A stretch of DNA of 64,000 bases from Thermoanaerobaculia bacterium (GCA_035637095.1 DASPXX010000275.1:4665-68664), one strand, 5' to 3'; shown: positions 33,185 through 44,010, counted from the stretch's first letter. The notes: generated from the letters alone by a model not told the origin. Program-made: numbers and translations.

Positions 33185-33865
33185 ATGGAACGACACCTGG
33201 ATCAGGATCTCGACAGAGTGCGGCAGATGCTGCTCAAGATGGGCGGCATGGTGGAGGGCATGGCGGCCAAGGCGACGCAGGCCCTGCTGGAACGCAGCGC
33301 GCGCCTGTGCGCGGAGGTCATCGAGCAGGACCATGAGGTCGACCAGCTCGAGATCGAGATCGACGAGATGTGCCACAGCATCCTCGGGCGCAAGCAGCCC
33401 ACCGCGGTCGATCTTCGCTTCCTGGTCGCGGTGATGAAGATCAACAGCGACCTCGAACGGATCGGCGATTCGGCGGTCAACATCGCCCAGTCGGTGGAGC
33501 AGATCAACGACCAGCCGCCGCTCAAGCCCTATATCGACCTGCCGCACCTCTCGGAGCTGGTGCAGAAGATGGTGCGCAACAGCCTCGATGCCTTCGTGCG
33601 CAAGGACGCCAAGCTGGCCGTCGAGGTGTGCGGCTCCGACGACGAGGTCGACGGCCTGTACAAGCAGATCTTCCGCGAGCTGCTGACCTACATGATCGAA
33701 GATCCCAAGACGGTTAGCCGGGCCCTCCACCTGCTCCTCATCTCACGCAATCTGGAGCGCATCGCGGACCACGCGACCAACATCGCCGAGGACGTGATCT
33801 ATTACGTCGAGGGCCGGGACATCCGCCACTCGATGGCCGGCGGCGGCGGCCCGGTCGCACGGTAA
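33185..33865 (+). CDS. phoU: phosphate signalling complex protein PhoU
   Basis: 226 aa. Duplicated PhoU repeat with ...DHEVDQLEIEIDEMC... and ...INSDLERIGDSAVNIA.../...RNLERIADHATNIAEDV. Confidence 0.95.
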   Translation: MERHLDQDLDRVRQMLLKMGGMVEGMAAKATQALLERSARLCAEVIEQDHEVDQLEIEIDEMCHSILGRKQPTAVDLRFLVAVMKINSDLERIGDSAVNIAQSVEQINDQPPLKPYIDLPHLSELVQKMVRNSLDAFVRKDAKLAVEVCGSDDEVDGLYKQIFRELLTYMIEDPKTVSRALHLLLISRNLERIADHATNIAEDVIYYVEGRDIRHSMAGGGGPVAR

Positions 33866-33960
33866 AAGCCCCCCCACCCGCCCGACGAACACGGACTGGC
33901 ACGGACGCACACAGACAGACGAAGAGAACCCCCGAGGGCATCCCCGGGGGTCCGTGTTCT

Positions 33961-35289
33961 TTAGAAGTCGTAGACGAACCAGAAGCCGATCTCGTTGTAC
34001 TCGCCCTTCTTGCCGGCCACCAGGGAGCCGATGGTGCCGTTGGTGGTGCCCTGGTTGCCCCCTTCGACCTCCTCCCACTTGTAGACCAACGAGCCCGCGA
34101 AGGCCTTGTTGGGCCGCCACTGGAGGCCGAGGTCGTAGTAGGTGTCCTGCAAGGCCGGCCGGATGTCCTTGCTGGGATCGGCGGTCTCGTACTTGCCGAA
34201 GACCGTCTTCGTGTTCGCCGGGTCCAGGCCGACCGAGAACCAGGCCGAGTAGCCGTCCGCGGAATCCTTGGCGACGGAGGTCACGGTGGTCCAGTTGTCG
34301 GCGGAGAAGTACTCGCCGCCGAACCGATAGCGGTCGGCGACCCAGGCGACCAGGGCGTCGAGCCGCTGAGCCGTGTGCTTGTCGGGGGTGGTCGTGGGAG
34401 CCTTGGTCGCGAGGCCGCGCTTGCCGCTGTAGCCGCCGACGGCGAAGGTCAGGCCCTTGACCGGCTCGGCGGAGACGCGCCCTTCGAAGTCCACCGTCTT
34501 GCTGCGCGCCGGATCGCTGTAGCCCCGGCCGTTCTCGGCCGAAAACTGATAGCTGACCATGCCGGTCTTGCCCAGGAAGTGGAGGCCCCAGTCGGCGGAG
34601 GTGCCGAAGCTCAGGCGGTCGATGAGCTCGTTCTCGACGTAGCGGTAGCCGTAGAGGCCCTCGACGAAGGGAACCCAGGCCGTGTCGGCCGACCCCAGGC
34701 GGAAGGTCGCCGCGGGGCTGAGCTTGGCCTGGATGTAAGCCTTTTTGACGAACACGTCATAGCGCCGCGAACCGGTCGGCTTGTCGCCGATGTCCGACTG
34801 GAACTGGGCGGACCAGACGGCGTTGAGCTCGTGGGTGACGGTGAAATAGAAACGTTTCACGTCGACGCCCACGCCGCTGTCGCCGCTCTTGGCATGCGTC
34901 CCCTTGTCCTCGATCTCCTTGCTCGTGACGTCGGCGTAGACACGGCCGCCGATCTTGGTCGAGGGGTAGGCGGAGGGCGCAGCCGCCTTGGGCGACGGCC
35001 GGTCGTAGGCCGGCAGATTGTGCTTGAAGAGATAGAGGTCCATGGCCGTTTCGTTCTCGGCCACGATCGTCTCGCCGTTGGGGCCGCGGGAGATCAGGGT
35101 GATGGCGATCCCCATGTCACCGCTCTCCTGCCACGCCTTGTACTTCTCGGGGGTGTTGAAGACGTAGACGCGGCCGTCCTTTTCGACTTCCTGGTAATAG
35201 AGGCCCGCCACCTGGGCCCTGGCGACGGAGCCGGCCAGCAGTGCAACGACGAGGGCCACGAGACAGGCCCGGAGCGTAGCTGATCTGCG
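33961..35289 (-). CDS. outer-membrane beta-barrel porin (putatively phosphate-selective, by Pho-cluster context)
   Basis: Signal peptide MRRSATLRACLVALVVALLAGSVARA, alternating beta-strand pattern, C-terminal ...FWFVYDF. Divergent from pstS, with Pho-box-like repeats between them. Confidence 0.7.
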   Translation of the reverse strand, partial: RRSATLRACLVALVVALLAGSVARAQVAGLYYQEVEKDGRVYVFNTPEKYKAWQESGDMGIAITLISRGPNGETIVAENETAMDLYLFKHNLPAYDRPSPKAAAPSAYPSTKIGGRVYADVTSKEIEDKGTHAKSGDSGVGVDVKRFYFTVTHELNAVWSAQFQSDIGDKPTGSRRYDVFVKKAYIQAKLSPAATFRLGSADTAWVPFVEGLYGYRYVENELIDRLSFGTSADWGLHFLGKTGMVSYQFSAENGRGYSDPARSKTVDFEGRVSAEPVKGLTFAVGGYSGKRGLATKAPTTTPDKHTAQRLDALVAWVADRYRFGGEYFSADNWTTVTSVAKDSADGYSAWFSVGLDPANTKTVFGKYETADPSKDIRPALQDTYYDLGLQWRPNKAFAGSLVYKWEEVEGGNQGTTNGTIGSLVAGKKGEYNEIGFWFVYDF

Positions 35290-35374
35290 CATTCGAAGCT
35301 CTCCTTTGATCTGAAGAAACGGATGTCGATCCGGCGTCAGCATAGGAGGGCCGACTTGCGGCGGTGCGACGGGC

Positions 35375-35394
35375 CTGTGACAGGCCTGCGACAG
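35375..35394 (-). promoter_or_regulatory. Pho-box-like direct repeat (porin side)
   Basis: The minus strand reads CTGTCGC-AGGC-CTGTCAC: two 7-mers at 11-bp phasing, about 90 nt upstream of the porin ATG. Confidence 0.45.
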
Positions 35395-35422
35395 CCTCTT
35401 CTCCCGTTTGCCGGCCGGCGCT

Positions 35423-35440
35423 TCGTCACCGCGCTGTCAC
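35423..35440 (+). promoter_or_regulatory. Pho-box-like direct repeat (pstS side)
   Basis: TCGTCAC-CGCG-CTGTCAC at 11-bp phasing, about 60-80 nt upstream of the pstS ATG. Confidence 0.45.
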
Positions 35441-35500
35441 ACCCCGGTCGGGCGGCTGCCAAACCCCTCTGCGAGAGTGCGGCTGAAAGGAGAAATGGGA

Positions 35501-36469
35501 ATGAAACTTACTTTCAAGGTGGGCTCGCTCGCGCTGGCTGCGGCACTGTGCGGGAGCACCCTGTTCGCCCAGGCCGTCAAGGTCGACGCCGGAATCCAGC
35601 CGTATGCGAAGACCAGCGGCGTCTCGGGCAACATGAGCTCGGTGGGCTCGGACACGCTGAACAACCTGATGACCCTGTGGGCGGAGGGCTTTCAGAAGCA
35701 GTATCCGAACGTGCGCATCCAGATCGAAGGCAAGGGCTCCTCGACGGCGCCCCCGGCGCTGATCTCGGGCACCTCGCAGCTCGGTCCGATGAGCCGCACG
35801 ATGAAGGACTCGGAGATCGACGAGTTCGAGAAAAAGTACGGCTACAAGCCGACGCCGGTCCGCGTAGCGATCGACGCCCTGGCCGTCTACGTCAACAAAG
35901 ACAACCCGCTGGAGCAGCTGACCTTGCAGCAGGTGGACGGCATCTTCTCCAAGGGTCACGCCTGTGGCGGCAAGGCGATCGCCACCTGGGGCCAGGCGGG
36001 CGTGCAGGCGTGGGGCAGCCATCCGATCAGCCTCTATGGCCGCAACTCCGCCTCCGGCACCTACGGCTTCTTCAAGGAGCACGCGCTCTGCAAGGGCGAC
36101 TACAAGGACATGGTGAAGGAGCAGCCTGGCTCCGCCTCGGTGATCCAGGGGGTGACCGAGGACCAGTACGGGATCGGCTACAGCGGCATCGGCTACCGGA
36201 CCTCCGGCGTCAAGCCGCTCAAGCTGGCGGCCAAGGCCGGCGCTCCCTTCTTCACCGTCAACCCCGAGGACGTCTACGCCGGCAAGTATCCGCTCTCCCG
36301 CTTCCTCTACATCTACGTCAACAAGGCGCCGAACAAGCCGCTCGATCCGCTCGTCCGCGAGCTCATCAAGTACGTCCTGTCGCAGGAGGGGCAGCAGATC
36401 GTCGTCAAGGACGGCTTCCTCCCCCTGCGCAATAATACGGACCAGGAAGAGCTCGCCAAGTTAAAGTAG
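35501..36469 (+). CDS. pstS: phosphate ABC transporter substrate-binding protein PstS
   Basis: Signal peptide, then ...SSVGSDTLNNLMTLWAEGFQKQYPNVRIQIEGKGSSTAPPALISGT.... ATG 35501 lies 9 nt after AAAGGAG. Confidence 0.95.
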   Translation: MKLTFKVGSLALAAALCGSTLFAQAVKVDAGIQPYAKTSGVSGNMSSVGSDTLNNLMTLWAEGFQKQYPNVRIQIEGKGSSTAPPALISGTSQLGPMSRTMKDSEIDEFEKKYGYKPTPVRVAIDALAVYVNKDNPLEQLTLQQVDGIFSKGHACGGKAIATWGQAGVQAWGSHPISLYGRNSASGTYGFFKEHALCKGDYKDMVKEQPGSASVIQGVTEDQYGIGYSGIGYRTSGVKPLKLAAKAGAPFFTVNPEDVYAGKYPLSRFLYIYVNKAPNKPLDPLVRELIKYVLSQEGQQIVVKDGFLPLRNNTDQEELAKLK

Positions 36470-36550
36470 GCAGTCTGGCTGTCGCGTCGTCCGGCCCGGG
36501 GCACCTTCGCGGCGCACCCGGGCCGTTCGTGTCCTCGAGAGGAGATCCCC

Positions 36551-38776
36551 GTGAGCAACGGCAACGACCAGACCCCCTGGAGACGGCGCGCCGCGGACCG
36601 TGTCGCCCACTGGGTGGTGTCCGCGGGCGGGCTCGCGATCATCGTCAGCATCCTGGGCATCCTGGTGTTCATCCTGATCGAGGTGTGGCCGCTGCTGATC
36701 CCGGCCAGGGTCACCGTGACCCGGCAGCTCGTCCTGCCCGGACCCGCGGCCGGCGCCCTCGTCGCCGACGAGCACCGGACGCATGTGGCCGCCCTGGGCC
36801 GCGACGGCCGGATCCGCGTGGTCCGGCTGAGCGACGGCCGGGTCGTGGCGATCCAGGATCTCCTCGCGGCCCCGGAACGCAGCGAGCTGGTGGACATGCA
36901 GGTGCCGCCCGAGAGCACGACGCTGGCCGCCTCGACACGCGACGGCCGGGTGGTGATCGCTCCGGTGGCCTTCACCGTCACCTTCGCGGGCCAGAGCCGC
37001 GTGGTCACTCCCGAGATCGCCACGCCGGTGGCGCTGGAGCTCGACCTTGAGCGGCAGCCGCTGCAGAGCTTCGCCGCGCAGATCGACGGGGACGGCAACG
37101 CCACGGCGGCCGCGGCCTTGGCCGACGGCACGATCGCCGTGGTCCGCCGCTCCATGACCGAGAACGAGATGACCGGCGAGACCACCGAGTCGACCGAACG
37201 GGCGTCCGCCCAGGCTCCTTACAGGATCACCCACCTGGTGCTGGACGCGAGCCAGCAGAACCTCTACGGAGGCACCGAAGGCGGCGAGATCCTCTGGTGG
37301 CGTCTCCAGGAGGGGCAGATCAGCGAGATGCAGGCCTCGTCGGCCGGAAGGTCGCCGATCACCGCCCTCAACCTGCTCATCGGTGGCCGCTCTCTGGTCG
37401 TTGGGCAACAGGACGGCGCGCTCAGCGTCTGGATGCCGGTGTCGCACGGCGGCGAAGCGGACGACGAGCAGAGCGCCAGCGCCCGCATGACGCGCATCCG
37501 CGACTTCCCGGCCCAGCCCGGAGCGGTCCGGCTGATCGCCCCGTCGCCGCGCCGCAAGGGGTTCCTGGCGCTCGGCGACCGGCAACTCGGGCTGTACTAC
37601 TCCACCTCGCACCGGACCCTGTGGACGGGCACGCCGCCGCTCGCCGGCGCAAGCGCGCTGGTGGCCACGCCCAAGGACGACGGAGCCCTCGTCGCCGGGA
37701 GCGGCAGGCTGGCCTCCCTGGACATCCGCAACCCGCACCCCGAGATCACCTTGCAGACCCTCTTCGGCAAGGTCTGGTACGAAGGGTATGGCCGTCCCGA
37801 CTACGTCTGGCAGTCGACCGGCGGGAGCGACGACTTCGAGCCGAAGCTCTCGCTGACTCCTCTCCTTTTCGGCACTCTCAAGGGGACGTTCTATTCGTTG
37901 TTCCTGGCCATCCCCCTGGGCGTGTTCGGCGCCATGTACGTCTCGCAGTTCATGCATCCGGTCTACAAGCGGACCGTCAAGCCGCTGGTCGAGATCATGG
38001 CGTCGCTCCCCAGCGTGGTCCTCGGCTTCCTGGCCGGCCTCTGGCTCGCGCCGCGCATCGAGCACGCGGTGCCCGGCCTGATCCTCGCGGTCTTCCTGCT
38101 GCCGCTCGCCGTGCTCCTCGCCGGTTGGGGCTGGAGCAAGCTGCCGCGCGCCTTCCGCGGGCGCTTCCCGCTGGGCACCGAGGCGCTCGGCTTCGTGGTC
38201 GTGCTGGCGCTGGGCATCTGGGTCTGCTTCGCCCTGGAGCGCCCCTTCGAGCATCTCGCCTTCGACAGCAACTTCCAGCACTGGCTGCTCCAAGCGACCG
38301 GGCTCGCCTACGACCAGCGCAACGCGGTGGTGGTCGGACTGGCCATGGGCTTCGCGGTGATCCCGATCATTTTCGCGATCGCCGAGGACGCCTTCACCAA
38401 CGTCCCCTCGAACCTGGTCGCCGGCTCGCTCGCCTTGGGCGCCGACCGCTGGCAGACGGTCACCCGCGTGGTGCTGCCCACGGCATCGCCGGGGATCTTC
38501 TCGGCCGTCATGGTCGGATTCGGCCGCGCCGTGGGCGAGACCATGATCGTGCTGATGGCCACCGGCAACACGCCGATCATGGACTGGGATCCGTTCAACG
38601 GGTTCCGCACCCTCTCGGCCAACATCGCCGTCGAAATTCCGGAAGCGCCGCACGGGGAGACGCTCTATCGCACGCTCTTCCTCGCCGCTCTGCTGCTGTT
38701 CGTGCTCACCTTCGTGGTCAACACGGTCGCCGAACTGGTCCGGCAGCGGTTGCGGGAGAGGTTCTCGCAGCTTTGA
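36551..38776 (+). CDS. pstC: phosphate ABC transporter permease PstC, long form (741 aa) with ~400-aa extracytoplasmic insert
   Basis: The C-terminal ~300 aa form a PstC-type permease (...AIAEDAFTNVPSNLVAGSLALGADRWQT...). An N-terminal TM segment is followed by a large repeat-like soluble region. GTG start with GAGAGGAG as SD. Confidence 0.9.
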   Translation: MSNGNDQTPWRRRAADRVAHWVVSAGGLAIIVSILGILVFILIEVWPLLIPARVTVTRQLVLPGPAAGALVADEHRTHVAALGRDGRIRVVRLSDGRVVAIQDLLAAPERSELVDMQVPPESTTLAASTRDGRVVIAPVAFTVTFAGQSRVVTPEIATPVALELDLERQPLQSFAAQIDGDGNATAAAALADGTIAVVRRSMTENEMTGETTESTERASAQAPYRITHLVLDASQQNLYGGTEGGEILWWRLQEGQISEMQASSAGRSPITALNLLIGGRSLVVGQQDGALSVWMPVSHGGEADDEQSASARMTRIRDFPAQPGAVRLIAPSPRRKGFLALGDRQLGLYYSTSHRTLWTGTPPLAGASALVATPKDDGALVAGSGRLASLDIRNPHPEITLQTLFGKVWYEGYGRPDYVWQSTGGSDDFEPKLSLTPLLFGTLKGTFYSLFLAIPLGVFGAMYVSQFMHPVYKRTVKPLVEIMASLPSVVLGFLAGLWLAPRIEHAVPGLILAVFLLPLAVLLAGWGWSKLPRAFRGRFPLGTEALGFVVVLALGIWVCFALERPFEHLAFDSNFQHWLLQATGLAYDQRNAVVVGLAMGFAVIPIIFAIAEDAFTNVPSNLVAGSLALGADRWQTVTRVVLPTASPGIFSAVMVGFGRAVGETMIVLMATGNTPIMDWDPFNGFRTLSANIAVEIPEAPHGETLYRTLFLAALLLFVLTFVVNTVAELVRQRLRERFSQL

Positions 38777-38781
38777 GCGCG

Positions 38782-40437
38782 ATGCGAAGAGAGGCCTCGC
38801 TGTACGGAGGAGACCGCGGCTGGTCCGAATTCCTCGGCCGTTCTCTCACCTGGCTGTGCGGCGGCGCGCTCGCGTTCAACATCCTGCTCGTCCTGGCGAT
38901 CCTCTCGCTCCTCGCCTGGAACGGCCTCGGCTACTTCTGGCAGGACGACCTCGTCGAATTCACCATGAAGGACGGAACCAGGGTGCTCGGCGAGATCTGG
39001 CAGGAGGAGGCCATCGCGATCACGCCGGAAATGCCTGCGGTCGACCGCCTGCGCCTCAAGATCGGCAACCGCGACATCACCGGTCTCGACTTCGCCTGGA
39101 TCGACCGCGCCAACATCGCCTCCCAGCGCAAGCCAGAGGATGCGGTGCTCATCGAGCGGCTCGAATGGGGCAACTTCCATGGCTATCTGCGCGAGCTCCA
39201 CAACGGTGGCCTGGTGCTGGCTCAAGGCTCCGAGGCGGTCTGGCGGAAGCTCCTCCCCCTCCTCGCCAGGAAGGCCGCGGAGCGCGACCGCATCCGCGAC
39301 CTCGAAAGAGGTGACATCGGCGACATCAACTACGACATCGAGAAGCTCCGCCTGGCCGAGCGCCGCCTCGACCTCGCGGGCCTTCCGGCGACGGAGCTGG
39401 CGCGCCGCAAGGCCGAGCTCGACCAGGAGATCGCTGCGCGGGAAGCCGAGTACCAGCGCCTCGCCGACCAGCTCTCGCAGATGCGCCAGGCCCTGACCGC
39501 CGAGACCCTGGTCGCGCAGACCGCGGCCGGCGAGACCAAGGAGATCCCGGTCGGCGGCATCGTCTCGGTGATCCGGCCGGACAGTCTCGGCTTCTTCGGC
39601 AAGTTGGGTCTGCAGGTGAAGCGGATCGGGCAGCTCATCGTCGACGACCCGCGCGAGTCGAACACCGAGGGGGGCATCTTCCCGGCCATCTTCGGCACGG
39701 TGATGATGGTGTTCCTGATGTCTTTCGCCGTGGCGCCGCTCGGCGTCCTCGCTGCCGTCTATCTCCGCGAGTACGCCAAGCAGGGGCTCCTCGTCCGCCT
39801 GGTGCGGATCGCGGTGAACAACCTGGCCGGCGTGCCGTCGATCGTCTTCGGCGTCTTCGGTCTCGGCTTCTTCGTCTACTTGATCGGCGGCTCGATCGAC
39901 CGGCTCTTCTATCCGGAGGCCCTGCCCACGCCCACGTTCGGCACAGGCGGCATCCTCTGGGCGGCCCTGACGCTCGCCCTGCTGACCGTGCCGGTGGTGA
40001 TCGTGGCCGCCGAGGAGGGTCTGGCCGCGGTGCCGCGCATCGTCCGCGAGGGGTCGCTCGCCCTGGGCGCCACCAAGTTCGAAACGATCCGCAAGGTGGT
40101 CATCCCGGCCGCCGCTCCCGGCATCCTCACCGGTATGATCCTGGCGATGGCGCGCGCCGCCGGCGAGGTGGCGCCGCTGATGATCGTCGGCATGGTCAAG
40201 CTGGCGCCGACCCTGCCGCTGGACGGGCGGCCGCCGTTCCTCCACCTGGAGCGCAAGTTCATGCACCTCGGCTTCCACATCTTCGACGTGGGGTTCCAGA
40301 GCCCGAACGTGGAGGCGACGACGCCGCTCGTCTTCGCCACGGCGCTCCTCCTGATCACCGTCGTCACCGTGATGAACCTGCTCGCCATCTCGTTGCGCAA
40401 CCACCTGCGCCGCAAATACGCCGGCAGCGCTGTTTGA
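38782..40437 (+). CDS. pstA: phosphate ABC transporter permease PstA, long form (551 aa)
   Basis: The C-terminal PstA permease core (...[29 protein letters not shown]...) is preceded by a ~250-aa extracytoplasmic/coiled-coil segment. Confidence 0.9.
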   Translation: MRREASLYGGDRGWSEFLGRSLTWLCGGALAFNILLVLAILSLLAWNGLGYFWQDDLVEFTMKDGTRVLGEIWQEEAIAITPEMPAVDRLRLKIGNRDITGLDFAWIDRANIASQRKPEDAVLIERLEWGNFHGYLRELHNGGLVLAQGSEAVWRKLLPLLARKAAERDRIRDLERGDIGDINYDIEKLRLAERRLDLAGLPATELARRKAELDQEIAAREAEYQRLADQLSQMRQALTAETLVAQTAAGETKEIPVGGIVSVIRPDSLGFFGKLGLQVKRIGQLIVDDPRESNTEGGIFPAIFGTVMMVFLMSFAVAPLGVLAAVYLREYAKQGLLVRLVRIAVNNLAGVPSIVFGVFGLGFFVYLIGGSIDRLFYPEALPTPTFGTGGILWAALTLALLTVPVVIVAAEEGLAAVPRIVREGSLALGATKFETIRKVVIPAAAPGILTGMILAMARAAGEVAPLMIVGMVKLAPTLPLDGRPPFLHLERKFMHLGFHIFDVGFQSPNVEATTPLVFATALLLITVVTVMNLLAISLRNHLRRKYAGSAV

Positions 40438-40447
40438 GGGAGAGACC

Positions 40448-41260
<813 letters not shown>

Positions 41261-41302
41261 CGTGAGAGGCGGGCACGCGGCTCGCAAAACATCTGCGGCA
41301 GG

Positions 41303-41860
41303 ATGAATAGCACCGATCAGAGAGCCGAAGTCGTCGAAACCGAGAGCGCCCGGGCCACGTCCGAGTCGGCCCAGCAGAACATCCGCACCATCGCCAGGCT
41401 GGAGCAGGAGTCGATGGAGCTGCGGAAGCCGTCCGAGCGGATCAGCGATGCCTTCACGCGCATCATGGGGACCCTGGGCTTCGTGCTCCTCCACGTCGCC
41501 GGGTTCGGCGCCTGGTTCGCGATCAACCTCGGGTGGATTTCCGGGATCAGACCCTTCGATCCCTTCCCCTTCGGCATCCTAACCCTCATCGTCTCGGCCG
41601 AAGGAGTCTTCCTGGCGATCTTCGTCCTGATCAGCCAGAACCGGATGAGCCGGCTGTCGACCCAGCGAGCCCATCTCAACCTGCAGATCAGCCTGCTCGC
41701 CGAGCAGGAGACCACGAAACTTTTACAGCGTCTGCAGGCGATCGCCGACCACCTCGGCGTCGAAGGCTCGCGGCAGGATCTGGTTGTGGAGCGGCTCAGC
41801 CGGGAGACCCACCTGGAGACGCTCGCCGAGGAGCTCAAAAAGACGCTGCCGGAGGAATGA
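41303..41860 (+). CDS. DUF1003-family membrane protein
   Basis: ...FDPFPFGILTLIVSAEGVFLAIFVLISQNR... is the signature of DUF1003. Confidence 0.85.
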   Translation: MNSTDQRAEVVETESARATSESAQQNIRTIARLEQESMELRKPSERISDAFTRIMGTLGFVLLHVAGFGAWFAINLGWISGIRPFDPFPFGILTLIVSAEGVFLAIFVLISQNRMSRLSTQRAHLNLQISLLAEQETTKLLQRLQAIADHLGVEGSRQDLVVERLSRETHLETLAEELKKTLPEE

Positions 41861-41875
41861 GGCACGCGATTTGCT
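41860..41875 (+). promoter_or_regulatory. second near-consensus sigma-54 promoter motif (15/16 identical to the one at 28962-28977)
   Basis: AGGCACGCGATTTGCT begins at the last base of the DUF1003 stop codon, with exact GG/GC spacing. No plus-strand CDS lies downstream; it faces the 3' end of the minus-strand PEGA gene. Confidence 0.45.
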
Positions 41876-41976
41876 TGGCGAACCAGGCCAGAGGAACGGG
41901 CCGGCGGCGCGATCTCCCGCACCCGAGAGGACGCTCTGGACGTCGCCGACCCGCTCCCGGCTTTCCCATTCCAGGC

Positions 41977-42702
41977 TTACAGATTCGGACGGATCGACTC
42001 CCCTCGCTCCAGGCGGTCCTCGAAATTGATCACCATGCCCGGATGAACCGTGACCTGCCGGGCCAGGGTCCTGTAGCCGTCCAGGTAGAAGGCGATCTCG
42101 TAGGTCCCCTCCTCCAGCCAGAGATACGAGGGCCAGCCGTCGTAGTGATCGGCGGTGCCCATGTATTGGCCATTCAGATAGACCTGGGTGCGGCCGGGCC
42201 TCACGTCCAGGTCGAGCGCTCCCATCTGCCGGTTCCGGCCGTCATGCCAGTACGGGAGGAGGAACGACTCGTCGACCGCATCGGGGACGATTTCCTGGTC
42301 GTCGTTCTCCGACTGGGACGACCCGCCGGACCCGTTCGGGTCGTGCCGGTCGCGAGACGGCGGCTGACGGTGCGCCTCGCCGGGAGTCCCCGGAACAGCG
42401 TACCGCTCCGGCGGCGGCGGCGAGTCGGAGGTGTCCGGCGGAGAATCCGAAGGCGGATCCGGCGGCGGAGTCGACGAAGTGTCGGAGGGGGAGGAGTCCG
42501 ACGGGGGGCTCGGCGGAGGATCGGGAGGCGGAGAATCGGGCTCGCTGCGCTGCACCTCCACGTCCCGGTCGGAGGAATCGTTGGCTGGAGACCGGTCCCG
42601 CTGGGCGAAGAGGGCCCCGCTCGCCGCCAGCAGCAGCGCGAAGAGAAGCAGCGGGAGCACACGCGTTGCACGAAGCAGCCGGGCTGCTCTTGGCAGGCTC
42701 AT
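41977..42702 (-). CDS. secreted PEGA-domain protein with Pro/Ser-rich linker
   Basis: Signal peptide. Low-complexity SPPPDPPPSPPSD... The C-terminal LDLDVRPGRTQVYLNGQYMGT...EGTYEIAFYLDGYRTLARQVTVHPG is PEGA-like. Confidence 0.75.
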   Translation of the reverse strand: MSLPRAARLLRATRVLPLLLFALLLAASGALFAQRDRSPANDSSDRDVEVQRSEPDSPPPDPPPSPPSDSSPSDTSSTPPPDPPSDSPPDTSDSPPPPERYAVPGTPGEAHRQPPSRDRHDPNGSGGSSQSENDDQEIVPDAVDESFLLPYWHDGRNRQMGALDLDVRPGRTQVYLNGQYMGTADHYDGWPSYLWLEEGTYEIAFYLDGYRTLARQVTVHPGMVINFEDRLERGESIRPNL

Positions 42703-42792
42703 GACTGTCCTCCACGGGTGGAAACGTTTGGGTAGACCGTCCCAGCCCCTCCCCCTACGCGAACGGGAAGAGGCTGGGACTGGAGGAGACGG

Positions 42793-44010
42793 CTACCGGT
42801 CGGCCTGCTCGAGATCGATCTGCAGATTGAGATCCTGGCCTGCATCGACCTGGAACTCACGCTCGACACTCTCGCGTCCCGGCCGGACCACCGCCACGGT
42901 GTGCTTGCCGGGATCGACCAGCAGGCCGCGGCGGAGGTTGGCGAGGTCCTGGGCGGTCCCGACGAAATGACCGTCCAGGTAGACCGAGGCGTCATCCGGC
43001 TCGACTTCGAGGCGGACCCGCCCCTGATCGCTCCGGCCGTCCTGATCCTCGCTCTCCACGTCCTCGCCCTGATCGCGGCGGTCTTCCCGGTCGCGGCGGA
43101 CGCGGTCGCGCCAGCTCTCGTCCCGGTCGTCGCCGTACCGGTCGTCGCCACGGTCGATCCGATCGCGGCGCTCCTGCTCGTAGCGCTGCCGCTCATCGCG
43201 CCGCTCGTGAGACTTCGAGACGAGGTCCTCCGGGCGGGTCGACTGGCCGGGCTCCAGACGATCGTCCATGTCGATCACCGTGCCGGGGTAGACCGTGACC
43301 TGCCGGGCCAGGGTCTTGTAGCCGTCCAGGTAAAAGGCGATGTCGTAGGTCCCCCGGTCCAGCCAGAGGTAGGACGGGAACCCGTCGTACTGGTCAACCG
43401 TGCCGATGTACTGGCCGTCGAGGTAGACCTGGGTGCGGCCCGGGCTGACGTCGAGGTCGAGCGCGCCCGTGTCCTCGCGGCCGGAGTAGCGGTGGTCGTG
43501 GTAGTACGGATCGCTGTAATACGGATCATAGGGCGGCCAGTAGTTGTCGCCCAGCCACCACCAGCCCCACCAGCCGTAGCCGTACGGCGCCCACCACCAG
43601 CTCGGTCCGTAGTTGCTGTACCAGCGCGGATAGTAGAAGGAGCCGTGGCCGCGCCAGTCGCCACCACCGCGCCAATTCGGGTCGCGGCGATCGCGGGACG
43701 GCGGTTGGCGGCGCGCGTCGCCGGGAGAGCCGGGCACGGCCCAGCGCGACGAAGAACGGGGGCTGGAACCGGAAGATGCAGAGGGAGACGAGGGAGAAGC
43801 CGACCGCGGCGGCGAAGAAGGCGGCGAAGAATGAGAAGATCCCTCGGAGCGCGGCACCGCTACGCGCGGCCCCTCACCCGAGTCGTTGGAACGGGACCTG
43901 GAACGGTCCTGGGCGGACAGGCTGCCGCTCGTTGCGATCAACAGCGCAAGGAGCAGCACAGGGAGCGAGCCCACCTCACGAAGCCGTTCGGTTGCTCGTC
44001 GCATGGTCAT
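42793..44010 (-). CDS. secreted protein with two PEGA domains and an aromatic (W/Y/G/P) low-complexity tract; paralog of 41977..42702
   Basis: LDLDVSPGRTQVYLDGQYIGT...GTYDIAFYLDGYKTLARQVTVYPG, plus a second PEGA domain (VRLEVEPDDASVYLDGHFVGT...GKHTVAVVRPG). Tract ...YYPRWYSNYGPSWWWAPYGYGWWGWWWLGDNYWPPYDPYYSDPYY... Confidence 0.75.
   Translation of the reverse strand: MTMRRATERLREVGSLPVLLLALLIATSGSLSAQDRSRSRSNDSGEGPRVAVPRSEGSSHSSPPSSPPRSASPSSPSASSGSSPRSSSRWAVPGSPGDARRQPPSRDRRDPNWRGGGDWRGHGSFYYPRWYSNYGPSWWWAPYGYGWWGWWWLGDNYWPPYDPYYSDPYYHDHRYSGREDTGALDLDVSPGRTQVYLDGQYIGTVDQYDGFPSYLWLDRGTYDIAFYLDGYKTLARQVTVYPGTVIDMDDRLEPGQSTRPEDLVSKSHERRDERQRYEQERRDRIDRGDDRYGDDRDESWRDRVRRDREDRRDQGEDVESEDQDGRSDQGRVRLEVEPDDASVYLDGHFVGTAQDLANLRRGLLVDPGKHTVAVVRPGRESVEREFQVDAGQDLNLQIDLEQADR

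Noticed and set aside
33954-34460. Arg/Pro-rich plus-strand ORFs over the porin gene, and similar ORFs over the PEGA genes (41533..42735, 42901..44481).
   Set aside because: They are shadow frames of minus-strand genes that have signal peptides and clear domain motifs.
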